Positions 10,168-19,845 of a stretch of 64,000 bases of DNA are shown here, piece after piece. The stretch's first letter is position 1. Each line of letters begins with the position of its first letter. The stretch comes from Coleofasciculus chthonoplastes F2-STO-03 (lineage in GTDB: Bacteria; Cyanobacteriota; Cyanobacteriia; Cyanobacteriales; Coleofasciculaceae): assembly GCA_040222015.1 (NCBI GenBank), contig JAVJWO010000041.1:1-64000 (forward strand), given 5' to 3'. A program made the position numbers and the translations under genes. The notes beneath the pieces are model-generated. The model saw only the letters and a program-made list of their open reading frames with translations. It was not told the DNA's origin and made no database searches.

Positions 10168-11191
10168 CCAAATCAGAGTCATTTTCGGCTAACTCTCGGT
10201 ATTGATCAGGATTTAGATTGAGGGTTTTTTGCAGATTTTCGATAGCTAGGTCAACATTACCCTGCAAAGCATAACAGCAAGCTTTGTTATAAAAAGCATT
10301 AGCATTGTCGGGTTTAAACTCTATCGTTTTGTCGAAACTAGCCAAGGCTTCTGGGTAGTCTCCCAATTGTAAAAGCGCATACCCTCGATTATACCAAGCC
10401 TCATATTTGTCGGGCTTAATTTTCAGGGCTTCGTTGTAACTCGCTACGGCATCTTGAAAGTATCTTAAGTTCACAAGGGCATTGCCCCGATAATACCAAG
10501 AACTGGGTTGTTGATACTTAAGTTTCAGCGCTTCATTATAACTCGCCACGGCTTCTGGAAAACGGTCAAGGCGATACAGCGCCCCTCCTCGGTTATTCCA
10601 AGCTTCGTAAGCATCGGGTTTAATTTTTAGGGCTTCGTCATAGCTAGCGATGGCTTCTTGGAACTGTTGTAAGTGTACCCAAGCATGTCCTTGATTGTAC
10701 CAAGCTTCGTATTTATCCGGCTTAATTTTTAGGGCTTCTTTATAGCTAGCGATGGCTTCGATAAAGCGTTGTAAGCTAAACAGAACATTTCCTTGGTTGT
10801 ACCAACCTTGATGCAGGTCTTGTTTAAGATTTAGAGCCTGATCATAGCTAACCTTTGCCGCTTCATATTGTTTTAAATTCACCAGCGCATTGCCCCGATT
10901 ATACCAGGCGGGATAAAAGTCGGGTTGTAATGTTACAGCCTTGTCATAGCTGGCGATCGCCTCTTGATGACGTCCCGCCTTATCCAGGGCGATTCCCCGG
11001 TTATACCACAGTTGATATAAGTCGGGTTCACGTTCTAAAACTTGGTCAACTGTCGCGATCGCTTCTTCAAACTGTCCAGACTGGATCAGTACAATACCCA
11101 GGTTATACCACGCTTCATGGGTGGTGACTTCCAAAGGACGGTTGTAGCTAACGTTTGCGGCTTGAGGGTTTTCTAGAAGGAGAGTACTCAT
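10124..11191 (-). CDS. Tetratricopeptide repeat protein
   Basis: Tandem 34-aa AWYNRG..L....EAIASYDKAL repeats; tail FYNKACCYALQG...AENDSDLASIR. Confidence 0.92.
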   Translation of the reverse strand: MSTLLLENPQAANVSYNRPLEVTTHEAWYNLGIVLIQSGQFEEAIATVDQVLEREPDLYQLWYNRGIALDKAGRHQEAIASYDKAVTLQPDFYPAWYNRGNALVNLKQYEAAKVSYDQALNLKQDLHQGWYNQGNVLFSLQRFIEAIASYKEALKIKPDKYEAWYNQGHAWVHLQQFQEAIASYDEALKIKPDAYEAWNNRGGALYRLDRFPEAVASYNEALKLKYQQPSSWYYRGNALVNLRYFQDAVASYNEALKIKPDKYEAWYNRGYALLQLGDYPEALASFDKTIEFKPDNANAFYNKACCYALQGNVDLAIENLQKTLNLNPDQYRELAENDSDLASIRHDQRFHKLIY

Positions 11192-11361
11192 CGATGTTTT
11201 TTGGCTATGAGAGGCTTTTAACCTGGGTTCACAGGTGGCTGCGTTGAGGGGGAACGTTCTCACGATTCTCGATCTCGATTGAGTGCAATACATAAAGGAG
11301 TCGGGAAAGAATCAGTGTCTAGGGTTTAGGGTTAGCAATCAGAAGCGCGATCGTTCATGGC

Positions 11362-11622
11362 TTAGGGTTGTCTCCTCACTTGTTTAATCAACGCCTTTAC
11401 TTGCCTATTCTTCCCCAACTCCCCCAAATCCGGATCAGTTTTGGAATCTGGATCAATGTTTGTACACTCAATATAAAACAGGTCAGGTACATAAAATTTG
11501 CACATTGGATCGGCATCAAGGTGAGAAAAAAGGGTATCGACTTTATCAGAGAGTGGATCGTCCACAAAGAGTTTGATCGCAACGCTGGCATCCACTACAC
11601 ATCTGAGTGGTGTGTATGTCAT
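11362..11622 (-). pseudogene. Truncated PIN/VapC toxin fused to a remnant of a TPR-gene 3' end
   Basis: VVDASVAIKLFV...FYVPDLFYIECTNI (PIN N-terminal half), then an abrupt switch to KTDPDLGELGKNRQVKALI, similar to the tail of the TPR gene at 14217-15347. Confidence 0.7.
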
Positions 11623-14180
11623 CTTGAGCGATCCTCCCGCAGCAGTGTTAGGCTATCAGGTAAGCCATGATCCGCAGGGTTAAATGTACGCCTACGCCGG
11701 ATATCTGCCAATATTTCTGCCTGAGATCGCTTTTTTTCTTCTACTGGGAAAGGTTTGCCATCATTGATAGTATAGATATCTTCTTCCGGGTCGTTTAGCA
11801 AATCAAAGGCTGGATTACTAGCGGTTGATTGCAGCCACTGATGTTCATCGATTTCCTCGTCTTCTTGCCAGTCTAGTTCATCGTCCAATGCTTCAGGTTC
11901 ATCTGAGTAGTTGAACATGAAAACAAATTTGCTTTTAGGCAAAATCAGCATTGGCAGATAGAGCGGTTGATCATCCCAGTTACGGTGTTTTTCACCTTTC
12001 TCATACAGAATAACCAGTGTCGGCACATCTGGATAATCGCGTTTGGGTTTCGTTAGCCATTCACTGGTGGCAAAACCATAGCTCGTCCATTTATCAGGTG
12101 CTTGGCGTTTCAAGTCCAATCCATCAGAGTTTTTACCCCGACGAACATTCAGTCGTCCTTTTTGAATTCCTTGAGCTTTTAATTGCTTCAGTGCTTGTTT
12201 AACTCGCTTGTCTTCCCACTTGCATCCACGAACAGGATTACTTCTCGTGTGAGACAGTATCTTAATCAAGACATCAATGTCTACTTCATAATATTCATTA
12301 TTGTCCTGATATCGAGCCAGAAGCTTATTTAGCTTTTCTGTGTCTTCCCTGACATCTGACGCTTTATAAAGCGGTGCGGCTGGAAAAATATGAGAGCCAG
12401 GGGCGAAGGCATCAATTTCGGCTGGATTCAAAACGTTAGAACGAGTTGGCTTTAGTTTGGAACCCACCCAAACGGGTTTAATCTTAATATTATTGGGATC
12501 ATCTCCAATTGCCTGACGCATTCCCTCATCAGCTTCATGAATTGCTCGGAAGTCTTCTAGAATATGCTCAGGCAAGAAAAGACGAGTCACATCTTTAAGT
12601 TCTTGGCGATAACCATACATCCGTGCGTGCTGATGTACAGTATCTATAACTTTTTGTTTAGCATCACGCCCATAGTAAGTCACCATCAACCCTTCAATGG
12701 TTACGCCTCGCCCTAGCCTGTTACCGCCGATAAGTATGTTCATACCGGGGCTATAATTTGGTTCTCTGTCTGGATTGTTAGCATTGATAATTTTTGTATC
12801 TATCACACTCCGTAATTCATATTTTAGGTCTTCAATAAGTTGAGCGATTGGTGGTAGATTAAGTGCAGTTTTACTCAACTCTTCATAAGCATCCCTTAAC
12901 CACTTCATCGCCTGGTTTTTCTTTGTAGTAGATGACTCTTCACGAATTGCTTTGTCAAGCTCTACAACAAAATCACTAATAATCTTTCCTAAATTTTTGT
13001 GAATATCCTGTTTGTAGCATATATGAGCCAGAAAAGAATATTTTTCATCCTCTGCCAATTGCATCTTGTAAATTGCCCCCAAAAAGAAGCAGCATAAAGC
13101 CTGTCTTAATCCAGCCGGAATATCCCAATTATTGCCTGGATTTATTTTTCCTGTCTGGTTTTTTAAGCGTTCTACTTCTTGGTCGTCAACTGTATAGCAA
13201 TAGGAACTATTTTCTTGAAAAAACAAATCGCCTCCCATGTAAGTTTCTCCGGGTTTGGGAAGGGCGGCACAAAAAGCTGGCTTACATGGATGATCAATAT
13301 TTTGGAGCAAAAGACTTTGAGGCGTAGCTGTAATTTGTAAATAGATATGATTGGCTACTTCTTTGCGAATTTTGCCAATTTTTTCAAAAATTGCACTATT
13401 TGGAACCGTATTTTTCCCTTTTTTTGCTTGCTTGGCTTCGTTGGTATTCAGACTAGCATTGTCAGCTTCATCATCAAATATTAAAGTGGGGACACTTCGG
13501 GCATTTGCCGACTTAAGGACTTGAAGCAAGTTATCGAGGTGATGTACATTTTTGGTGGAAACCAGAACGACGCCAGTATCCTTGATATAGGGTTCCAACT
13601 TATTTTTAGCAAAATCTTTTGGATCATTTTTCCATTTTTCCCAATCAAAGACTACAGGTCCCCCTTTAAGCTGATTATTGAAACGCACAGCCGTTTGTTT
13701 TCCCAGCCACGTATTGTCAGACGTTAATACAATGAAACAGCGAAATCCATTTTCTTGGGCAACTGCCAGCGTAGCAATGGTAGTATTAGTCTTTCCGCTT
13801 TGAACTCTACCATAGATTAGTCCAGTAGTGCCATACTGACTATAAGTACCCGCTTCTCTGTCCAGAAGATTCTCAAGCCTTTCCTTCGCTATGCAGAAAA
13901 TACCATCCTTATGACAAATCAGGGCTATGAATACTGAAAATTCAGGATACTGACTCTGTAATTTATCTAGGGCTGACGTTTCCTGACGGCTAAACGTGAA
14001 AGACCATGCCGACTTCGGTTTTTTGGAAACCTTGAATAGAATAGCGGACTTACTCTTTTTATTTTCTACTAAATATATCGATGGATGTATAAAAGAGGAA
14101 TGAGTAATTGTGAGCGGCTGCCCAGAATTCAGTAACCGCAAAAAGGCAGCGCCATAAAGGAATTCTTGATCGCTAATCAT
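11619..14180 (-). CDS. Chimeric Z1-domain / SF2 helicase-like protein with an extra N-terminal domain and antitoxin-like C-terminal fragments
   Basis: YGRVQSGKT, IFDDEADNASLN, ITATPQS, LGRGVTIEGL, DTVHQHARMYGYR; tails WLQSTASNPAFDLLNDPEEDIYTINDGKPF and LPDSLTLLREDRSR. Confidence 0.82.
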   Translation of the reverse strand: MISDQEFLYGAAFLRLLNSGQPLTITHSSFIHPSIYLVENKKSKSAILFKVSKKPKSAWSFTFSRQETSALDKLQSQYPEFSVFIALICHKDGIFCIAKERLENLLDREAGTYSQYGTTGLIYGRVQSGKTNTTIATLAVAQENGFRCFIVLTSDNTWLGKQTAVRFNNQLKGGPVVFDWEKWKNDPKDFAKNKLEPYIKDTGVVLVSTKNVHHLDNLLQVLKSANARSVPTLIFDDEADNASLNTNEAKQAKKGKNTVPNSAIFEKIGKIRKEVANHIYLQITATPQSLLLQNIDHPCKPAFCAALPKPGETYMGGDLFFQENSSYCYTVDDQEVERLKNQTGKINPGNNWDIPAGLRQALCCFFLGAIYKMQLAEDEKYSFLAHICYKQDIHKNLGKIISDFVVELDKAIREESSTTKKNQAMKWLRDAYEELSKTALNLPPIAQLIEDLKYELRSVIDTKIINANNPDREPNYSPGMNILIGGNRLGRGVTIEGLMVTYYGRDAKQKVIDTVHQHARMYGYRQELKDVTRLFLPEHILEDFRAIHEADEGMRQAIGDDPNNIKIKPVWVGSKLKPTRSNVLNPAEIDAFAPGSHIFPAAPLYKASDVREDTEKLNKLLARYQDNNEYYEVDIDVLIKILSHTRSNPVRGCKWEDKRVKQALKQLKAQGIQKGRLNVRRGKNSDGLDLKRQAPDKWTSYGFATSEWLTKPKRDYPDVPTLVILYEKGEKHRNWDDQPLYLPMLILPKSKFVFMFNYSDEPEALDDELDWQEDEEIDEHQWLQSTASNPAFDLLNDPEEDIYTINDGKPFPVEEKKRSQAEILADIRRRRTFNPADHGLPDSLTLLREDRSR

Positions 14181-14216
14181 TGATTGTTCAGATGAGTGAT
14201 CATTCTGACGTGCTTA

Positions 14217-15347
14217 TCACTTCCCCTTCCCACCTCCAATCATCTTCTGAAACCGCTTATTTTTCCGCAACCGTTCCAAATCCGGGTCAGTTTTCGCCAC
14301 GGGCAGATATTTCTGGGGATTCACCTTAATCGCCTGTTCAATATAATTCACCGCTAACGTCACCTTACCCTGGGCGGCATAACAATACCCCTTGTTATAA
14401 ATCGCGTTAACATGATCAGGATTCACTTCTAAAGCCTTGTCAAAACTTGCCATCGCCTCCCGATAGCGTCCCATCTTGACTAAAGCATAGCCGCGATTGT
14501 CCCACGCTTCATAATTTTCAGGCATACAGTCTAATGCCCGATCATAACTGGCGACAGCTTCTCGATAGCGTCCCAATCGCCGCATGATCAGTCCCCGATT
14601 ATTCCAGCAATGGGTTTCGTTGGGATCGAATTCTAAGGCTTTTTCGTAACAGAGTAATGCCTCTTTTTCACGACCCAGTTTGGAAATGACGATTCCTTTA
14701 TTAACCCAACTCCCGATATGATCCGGTTTAAGTTCTAGAGCTTTGTTAAAAGACGCGATCGCATCGTCCCGTTTCTGGAGTTGCATCAACAGACAGCCTT
14801 GGTTGTACCATATTTCTGGGTGATTGGGACTAATTTGCAGGGCTTTGTCGAAACTCTTGAGGGCGGCTTTGGGGCGTCCGAGATTTGTTAAGACGTTACC
14901 GCGATTACTCCAGGCTTTATCGTAATTGGGATTACAGGCGATCGCTTGATCGAAACTGGCGAGGGCTTCTTTGTTGCGTCCCAGAATCATTAGGGAAGTC
15001 CCGCGAGAGTTCCACGCTTCGGGATGGGCGGATTCCCGTTCGATCACTTGATCGAAACTCGCGATCGCGGCTTCATGCTTTCCCCAATCTGACAAAACTA
15101 TGCCTCGATTTAGCCATATACTCGCATCCTGGGGATTTAACACCCCCGCTTGGTCAAAACTCGCGATCGCCTCTTCATATCGCTGTAGATGTCCCAGGGT
15201 GAGTCCCAGCCCTGTCCAAGCCTCCTCATTTTCAGGGGTAAGCTTTACCGCATCCTGGAACAGGGCGACGGCGGCGTCAAAGTCTCCCCCCTGCAAACAG
15301 CGCATTCCTTGTTGAATGATGAATTTAACCGCTTTGGGATCAGTCAT
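14217..15347 (-). CDS. Tetratricopeptide repeat protein
   Basis: About ten 34-aa TPR units (AWNSRG..L..LGRNKEALASFDQAI); tail AKTDPDLERLR. Confidence 0.92.
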   Translation of the reverse strand: MTDPKAVKFIIQQGMRCLQGGDFDAAVALFQDAVKLTPENEEAWTGLGLTLGHLQRYEEAIASFDQAGVLNPQDASIWLNRGIVLSDWGKHEAAIASFDQVIERESAHPEAWNSRGTSLMILGRNKEALASFDQAIACNPNYDKAWSNRGNVLTNLGRPKAALKSFDKALQISPNHPEIWYNQGCLLMQLQKRDDAIASFNKALELKPDHIGSWVNKGIVISKLGREKEALLCYEKALEFDPNETHCWNNRGLIMRRLGRYREAVASYDRALDCMPENYEAWDNRGYALVKMGRYREAMASFDKALEVNPDHVNAIYNKGYCYAAQGKVTLAVNYIEQAIKVNPQKYLPVAKTDPDLERLRKNKRFQKMIGGGKGK

Positions 15348-15364
15348 AGAAGTAACCTGGGTGA

Positions 15365-15395
15365 TAAGCTGTTTGGCATTTAAACCTTAATGTCA
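15365..15395. mobile_element. Single end of the MITE family seen at 49591-49726
   Basis: TAAGCTGTTTGGCATTTAAACCTTAATGTCA is nearly identical to the reverse complement of 49692-49722. Confidence 0.55.
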
Positions 15396-15740
15396 GTTCT
15401 TAGGGAAACGACCTAAGCTAAGCATTTCGCGGTATCGCGTAGGTTCTTAGTCGCCCCGACGCAAGCCTCAATGGTCACAGTCGATCTCCCTCTATCTTTG
15501 CAAATCTTTACAATTTTGTATTATTTTATACCTATTCGTTAAGATAGATATACGTTTATAATAATTCTAAAAATCTGAGTCAGAGTAGTGGCAACGCCCC
15601 CAAAGGGGTTGATTCTTCTACGCCCTAGCCAATGCCGTTAGAAATTCAAAGGAATTGTTTATGGCAAATAGCGCCACTAGCCAAAGAAAAGCTAATAGTA
15701 AAACTAATAGCCGTACCCCTAAAAAAGCGAGGAAACAAGC

Positions 15741-16130
15741 ATGGCAAAAGATAAGGAAACGCAATCAACAGAGCTAGCTGTTCAAAAGCAACAAGCCGGG
15801 GGAGTTTCTCTGGTTGAACCTTCAATCCCGCTACCGGGAAATCGTCCCATAGCCACCAGTTCGCTAAAAGTGAGTGATCAAGGTTCAATCAGGGGGATGC
15901 GTCCAGTGGATACCAGCGATTTACAAGTTGTTGGTACGCTTTCATCCATGGGTATTCGCCCGATTACAGCAAGTAAGATGCAAATCAGAGATGTCATGGT
16001 TGTGTCTGGAAATCGCCCGATTTCTGTGAGTACCCTGCATCTTGAGAGCACAGAAATGATTATGGGAAACCGTCCCATCGCTTCCAATGTCATGGAAGAA
16101 GTTGATGAAATGATGGGTTATCTGGATTAA
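15741..16130 (+). CDS. Hypothetical protein with five GxRP(I/V) repeats
   Basis: RBS-like GAGGA; GNRPIATSSL, GMRPVDTSDL, GIRPITASKM, GNRPISVSTL, GNRPIASN. Confidence 0.8.
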   Translation: MAKDKETQSTELAVQKQQAGGVSLVEPSIPLPGNRPIATSSLKVSDQGSIRGMRPVDTSDLQVVGTLSSMGIRPITASKMQIRDVMVVSGNRPISVSTLHLESTEMIMGNRPIASNVMEEVDEMMGYLD

Positions 16131-16415
16131 CTGTTAGTGAAAAGCTATCGTCTAGGTTGTAGATATGTTGCATGCAACGTATCTACAATTTTGTATAGAA
16201 GTCTCTAAAAAAGGAGTCGTCAGCCCAGAGAAGGTATAACCAATTCCTACTTTAGACATAAAGCAGGGAGCAGGCTAATCTACCTGTAGATTGACGATTA
16301 TAAGAAAAAATACAGATACATTGGACATTAACGGAAAAGAAATTGTCCCAAAAATTACTCATTCTTTTTTTTAGGGGCGAATTCATAATCACCATAATTC
16401 GGAGAATTTCAAAAT

Positions 16416-16598
16416 ATGAGTACTGAAGATAGAGCTAAAGCCACTGCCAAAAACCTAGAAGGTAAGGCACAGGAAGTCATGAGTAATGTCACGGGTGATC
16501 CTGAAGATAAGGCAGAAGGTAAGGCAAAGCAAAATGAAGCTGAAGCTCGCCACGCTGTTGAAGACGTGAAAGACAAAGCAAAACAAGCCATTGACTAA
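16416..16598 (+). CDS. csbD: CsbD family general stress protein
   Basis: AKATAKNLEGKAQEVMSNVTGD..DKAEGKAKQ..AEARHAVEDVKD; GGAG RBS. Confidence 0.92.
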   Translation: MSTEDRAKATAKNLEGKAQEVMSNVTGDPEDKAEGKAKQNEAEARHAVEDVKDKAKQAID

Positions 16599-16709
16599 TT
16601 GCATTGTCAGAAATAGTAAGCAGGTTGATAGTTTTGCGCGATTGGGAACGCCAAAAAAGCCGTATCTGATTTGAGTCGGCTGATTAATTTCTACCTGCCT
16701 TACTAGAAT

Positions 16710-16745
16710 CAGAAGGTCTAGGCAGTCTTGATCTAGACCTTCTGG
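16710..16745. terminator. Hairpin / possible terminator after csbD
   Basis: CAGAAGGTCTAG...CTAGACCTTCTG inverted repeat. Confidence 0.45.
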
Positions 16746-16788
16746 TTATTTATTGAAAATCCACTAATAGTTTCATCAGGAGGTTGCT

Positions 16789-17217
16789 GTGAGTTTAGGT
16801 AAAAAAACTCGCCAGTTTTTCACGGCTTTGGCTTTAATTTTAGTCCTAGCGACCACATCGGCTTGCCAAGCCAACCAAACCAAGGCAAAAGCGCCAACGG
16901 CATTGAATCCCAGTGTCACCTATCAACAATTAGAACGAGGCGATACAGCAGCAGGTCAAGAGTTTGGTAATTGGGTGGTGCAAACGGCAAAGGGATTAAT
17001 TAGTGACGCCTACGTGCGCGATAACGATAAGTTAGGGATTGTAATTACCCCTCAAGTTCGCCCGCCAGAGGTTAAGGATTTAGCCCGCTCTTTAGTTCAA
17101 GGGTTCCACCAAAATTTTCCGAATCGAGATCTGAAGGTATTGGTATACGCCCCGGATAAAGAACTCATTGTGACAGCGAATTACAATAATCAGTCCAATC
17201 AAGTTACGTATCAATAA
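16789..17217 (+). CDS. Conserved cyanobacterial lipoprotein of unknown function
   Basis: GTG start with AGGAGG RBS; hydrophobic signal ending TSAC lipobox. Confidence 0.8.
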   Translation: MSLGKKTRQFFTALALILVLATTSACQANQTKAKAPTALNPSVTYQQLERGDTAAGQEFGNWVVQTAKGLISDAYVRDNDKLGIVITPQVRPPEVKDLARSLVQGFHQNFPNRDLKVLVYAPDKELIVTANYNNQSNQVTYQ

Positions 17218-17235
17218 AAAAGGAGATAATCAACC

Positions 17236-17757
17236 ATGGCAACAAGTGACCAGTATAAACGTCAAATCATGAAAGATTTGGCGGGTGGTAATACCGAATC
17301 TCTGGAACCTGTTCCCGAAACACCAGAACAAGAGTATCAAAACTTTGATGACTTTGCTCAACGTTCTTCGCGAGATGAACGACGCCAATTATTTGGCAGA
17401 TCCCTGCATCCCGATCGCATACCTCCCAGTCAGATGGAACCTGAACTGCGACAGGCGATCGCTCACATTAAGCCCAAGGAACGGGATGATGTGGCGCGTG
17501 AGTTTTTCAAGCAACTCAAAAAACGCGGATTGAGCGATCGCGACTTGGAAAAGCAACTGGGACTTTCAACTCATCACGCCAGTCGGATGACAGAGGATGA
17601 TGTGGCTAAACTTGCCACCTTTACCTATCATTCTCATCCGGATATCTTTCAGGACGTTTTAGCCGATCAACCTGCCATTGTCAAATTCCTCAGCAATCCC
17701 TTAGTGGGGGCGGTTATGGGGGCAATTGCCTCAAAATGGTTTGGACATCGTCGCTAA
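17236..17757 (+). CDS. Conserved hypothetical protein
   Basis: AGGAGA RBS, 173-aa ORF, operonic with the upstream lipoprotein gene. Confidence 0.8.
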   Translation: MATSDQYKRQIMKDLAGGNTESLEPVPETPEQEYQNFDDFAQRSSRDERRQLFGRSLHPDRIPPSQMEPELRQAIAHIKPKERDDVAREFFKQLKKRGLSDRDLEKQLGLSTHHASRMTEDDVAKLATFTYHSHPDIFQDVLADQPAIVKFLSNPLVGAVMGAIASKWFGHRR

Positions 17758-17790
17758 TCACTTCAATATTGGTAGTTATTCATTACTATG

Positions 17791-17814
17791 AACCTGCGTC
17801 AGCAGGTTTTTTTA
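17791..17814 (+). terminator. Rho-independent terminator
   Basis: AACCTGC-GTCA-GCAGGTT followed by a T-run. Confidence 0.75.
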
Positions 17815-17970
17815 TTACCCACCCAGGGGCTGACGAAGTTAGTTTTGCTGGTAGCGTTCCCAAACCAAGTGCATATTTTTTGTCACCCTCTCGCCAAACC
17901 TCCGAGACAGTTCTTTCCATAACTGACTGCCATATCTTTCAGATAAGCGCTACAAGATATTGCGGAGTTT

Positions 17971-18114
17971 ATGGAACCTGTTGACGAAGTGGGAGGAGAC
18001 TATTATGATATTCTTCATTACGATGATGTTGTGACTATTGGCATTGGTGATTTGGCGGGACATGGGTTAGAAAGTGGTGTGGTCATGCTGATGGCACAAA
18101 GGGCAATTAAGTAG
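17971..18114 (+). pseudogene. 47-codon fragment of a SpoIIE/RsbU-type PP2C phosphatase (SiaA-like)
   Basis: MEPVDEVGGDYYDILHYDDVVTIGIGDLAGHGLESGVVMLMAQRAIK-stop contains the VGGDYYD and D..GHG PP2C motifs; not in the ORF track. Confidence 0.8.
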
Positions 18115-18308
18115 TTAGGGACAATTGAAGTTAACGGTAAGGCTGGTCATACTCGCTTCCCTTGAGAAGCAAACTACGTTTTATGTAAGGGTTTGAGGCG
18201 TATTTAAAAAACTTAATTTAGTTAAGTTTATTTCCACCAACCCAACCCTTATAACATTATTAGACAAATTATGAAAAAAATAATAACTTTTGATTGGACA
18301 TAATGGCT

Positions 18309-18902
18309 ATGCATAAGATATTTGGAGAATTCCAAGAAAATCTACCTAATGAACAAGAGTTTTTAATTCTTGGCTTCTCACCGAGTTCCATACCCATTCA
18401 GCAACGCTGGCGCAACAATGGTTTGTCGGCTGATTTTGTCGCTGATTACTTAACTACCTTTTTCCCCGCTATTGACGAAGATCCAGACCCTGAGGGAAAG
18501 CGAGTCGAAATAAAAGGAGCGGTGAGTTATATCGCTAATGAATTACTGGAAAATGCGATGAAATTTAATGACGATAGTTCATCCTATCCAATTAAATTTG
18601 GGTTGCATATTTTAGATTTTGCGACAGAAATAACTTTAGTTTTATTGACGACTAATAGTATTCCTGAACAATCTATTGACAAGTTACAATCCTTCATTAA
18701 AGAATTACTAGAATCCGATATAGATGAACTCTATATTCGTCAGTTAGAAAAAAGTGCTGAAGATGAAACCGGGGGAGCTTCTGGACTGGGGTTATTAACC
18801 ATGAAAAATGATTATTTTGCCAAGTTAGGTTGGAAATTTGAAACCGTTCAACGAGAACCCGAGGTGGTTACGGTGACAACGATGGTGCAACTTAAGGTAT
18901 AG
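18309..18902 (+). CDS. slr1658-family regulator (SiaB-like / GHKL kinase-like)
   Basis: RWRNNGLSADFVADYLTTFFP, SYIANELLENAMKFN, SGLGLLTMKNDY. Confidence 0.88.
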   Translation: MHKIFGEFQENLPNEQEFLILGFSPSSIPIQQRWRNNGLSADFVADYLTTFFPAIDEDPDPEGKRVEIKGAVSYIANELLENAMKFNDDSSSYPIKFGLHILDFATEITLVLLTTNSIPEQSIDKLQSFIKELLESDIDELYIRQLEKSAEDETGGASGLGLLTMKNDYFAKLGWKFETVQREPEVVTVTTMVQLKV

Positions 18903-18960
18903 ACTCAAAACCTTCACTAAGTATTATCGATGATTTGTAGTTTTAGGAGCTAAATTATTC

Positions 18961-19314
18961 ATGGAAAAGAAAAACGTTCAGGGTGATAATTACCAAGTAA
19001 TCGGTGATACAGAAACAGCAACTGTATATTTTGAAGGGTCACTGCGACTGGGTGGAATGAAGGAGTACGAACCGATCATCAAAATCCTCGATGAGATGAT
19101 TCAGCAAGACTCTTCCCTGATTACGTTAAACCTGCGAGAGCTAGAATTTCTCAATAGTTCGGGAATTAGCATGTTGTCTAAATTTGTCCTGAATGTACGC
19201 AAAAAGAAGACGATCGGGATCGAAATTCAAGGCTCTGCAAAAATTCCTTGGCAAGGAAAATCGTTAAAGAATTTACAGCGATTAATGCCAGGATTAAAGT
19301 TGGAATTGGACTAA
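18961..19314 (+). CDS. slr1659-family regulator (STAS / anti-anti-sigma-like)
   Basis: GSLRL, LNLRELEFLNSSGISMLSKFV, IPWQGKSLKNLQRLMP. Confidence 0.88.
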   Translation: MEKKNVQGDNYQVIGDTETATVYFEGSLRLGGMKEYEPIIKILDEMIQQDSSLITLNLRELEFLNSSGISMLSKFVLNVRKKKTIGIEIQGSAKIPWQGKSLKNLQRLMPGLKLELD

Positions 19315-19350
19315 TTATAGTCCCGATTTATAAGATGCGTTGGTGTTCTC

Positions 19351-19542
19351 GTAGGGGCGACCCGCCGCATCCAATTAACACCACCCGACCTTTAATAAGC
19401 TCGGGTCGCCCTGCACGGGGTATCGGGAATTATCTAACACCTTGTACAAATGTAGGGGCGACTCGCCGCATCCAATTAACACCACCCAACCTTTAATTGG
19501 CTCGGGTCGCCCTGCACCGAGTATCGGGATTTATCTAACACC
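19351..19542. repeat. Tandem pair of ~101-bp GTAG-type elements; third copy at 26805-26902
   Basis: GTAGGGGCGAC..GCCGCATCCAATTAACACCACC..ACCTTTAAT..GCTCGGGTCGCCC...GTATCGGGA.TTATCTAACACC at 19351, 19452 and 26805. Confidence 0.85.
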
Positions 19543-19621
19543 GCATTTAGAAAAGGGCGAGTCGATACAAGTTAATTCTCACACTGCCTACTATGTGCAG
19601 CGACTCGCCCCTACAACCGCG

Positions 19622-19801
19622 ATAATCCCGATAATCCCGATAATCCCGATAATCCCAATAATCCCAATAATCCCAATAATCCCAATAATCCCGATAATCC
19701 CGATAATCCCGATAATCCCGATAATCCCGATAATCCCGATAATCCCGATAATCCCAATAATCCCAATAATCCCGATAATCCCGATAATCCCAATAATCCC
19801 G
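19622..19801. repeat. 9-bp tandem repeat (ATAATCCCR) x20
   Basis: Direct reading; G and A variants occur in blocks. Confidence 0.95.
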
Positions 19802-19845
19802 ACAAAGGTAACTAAACCCGCCCTTGTTGGACACCATTTTAAGGC

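Noticed and set aside
19351..19552. Possible CRISPR or ncRNA array
   Set aside because: Whole ~101-bp units are duplicated, including the would-be spacers; it fits a REP-type dispersed repeat
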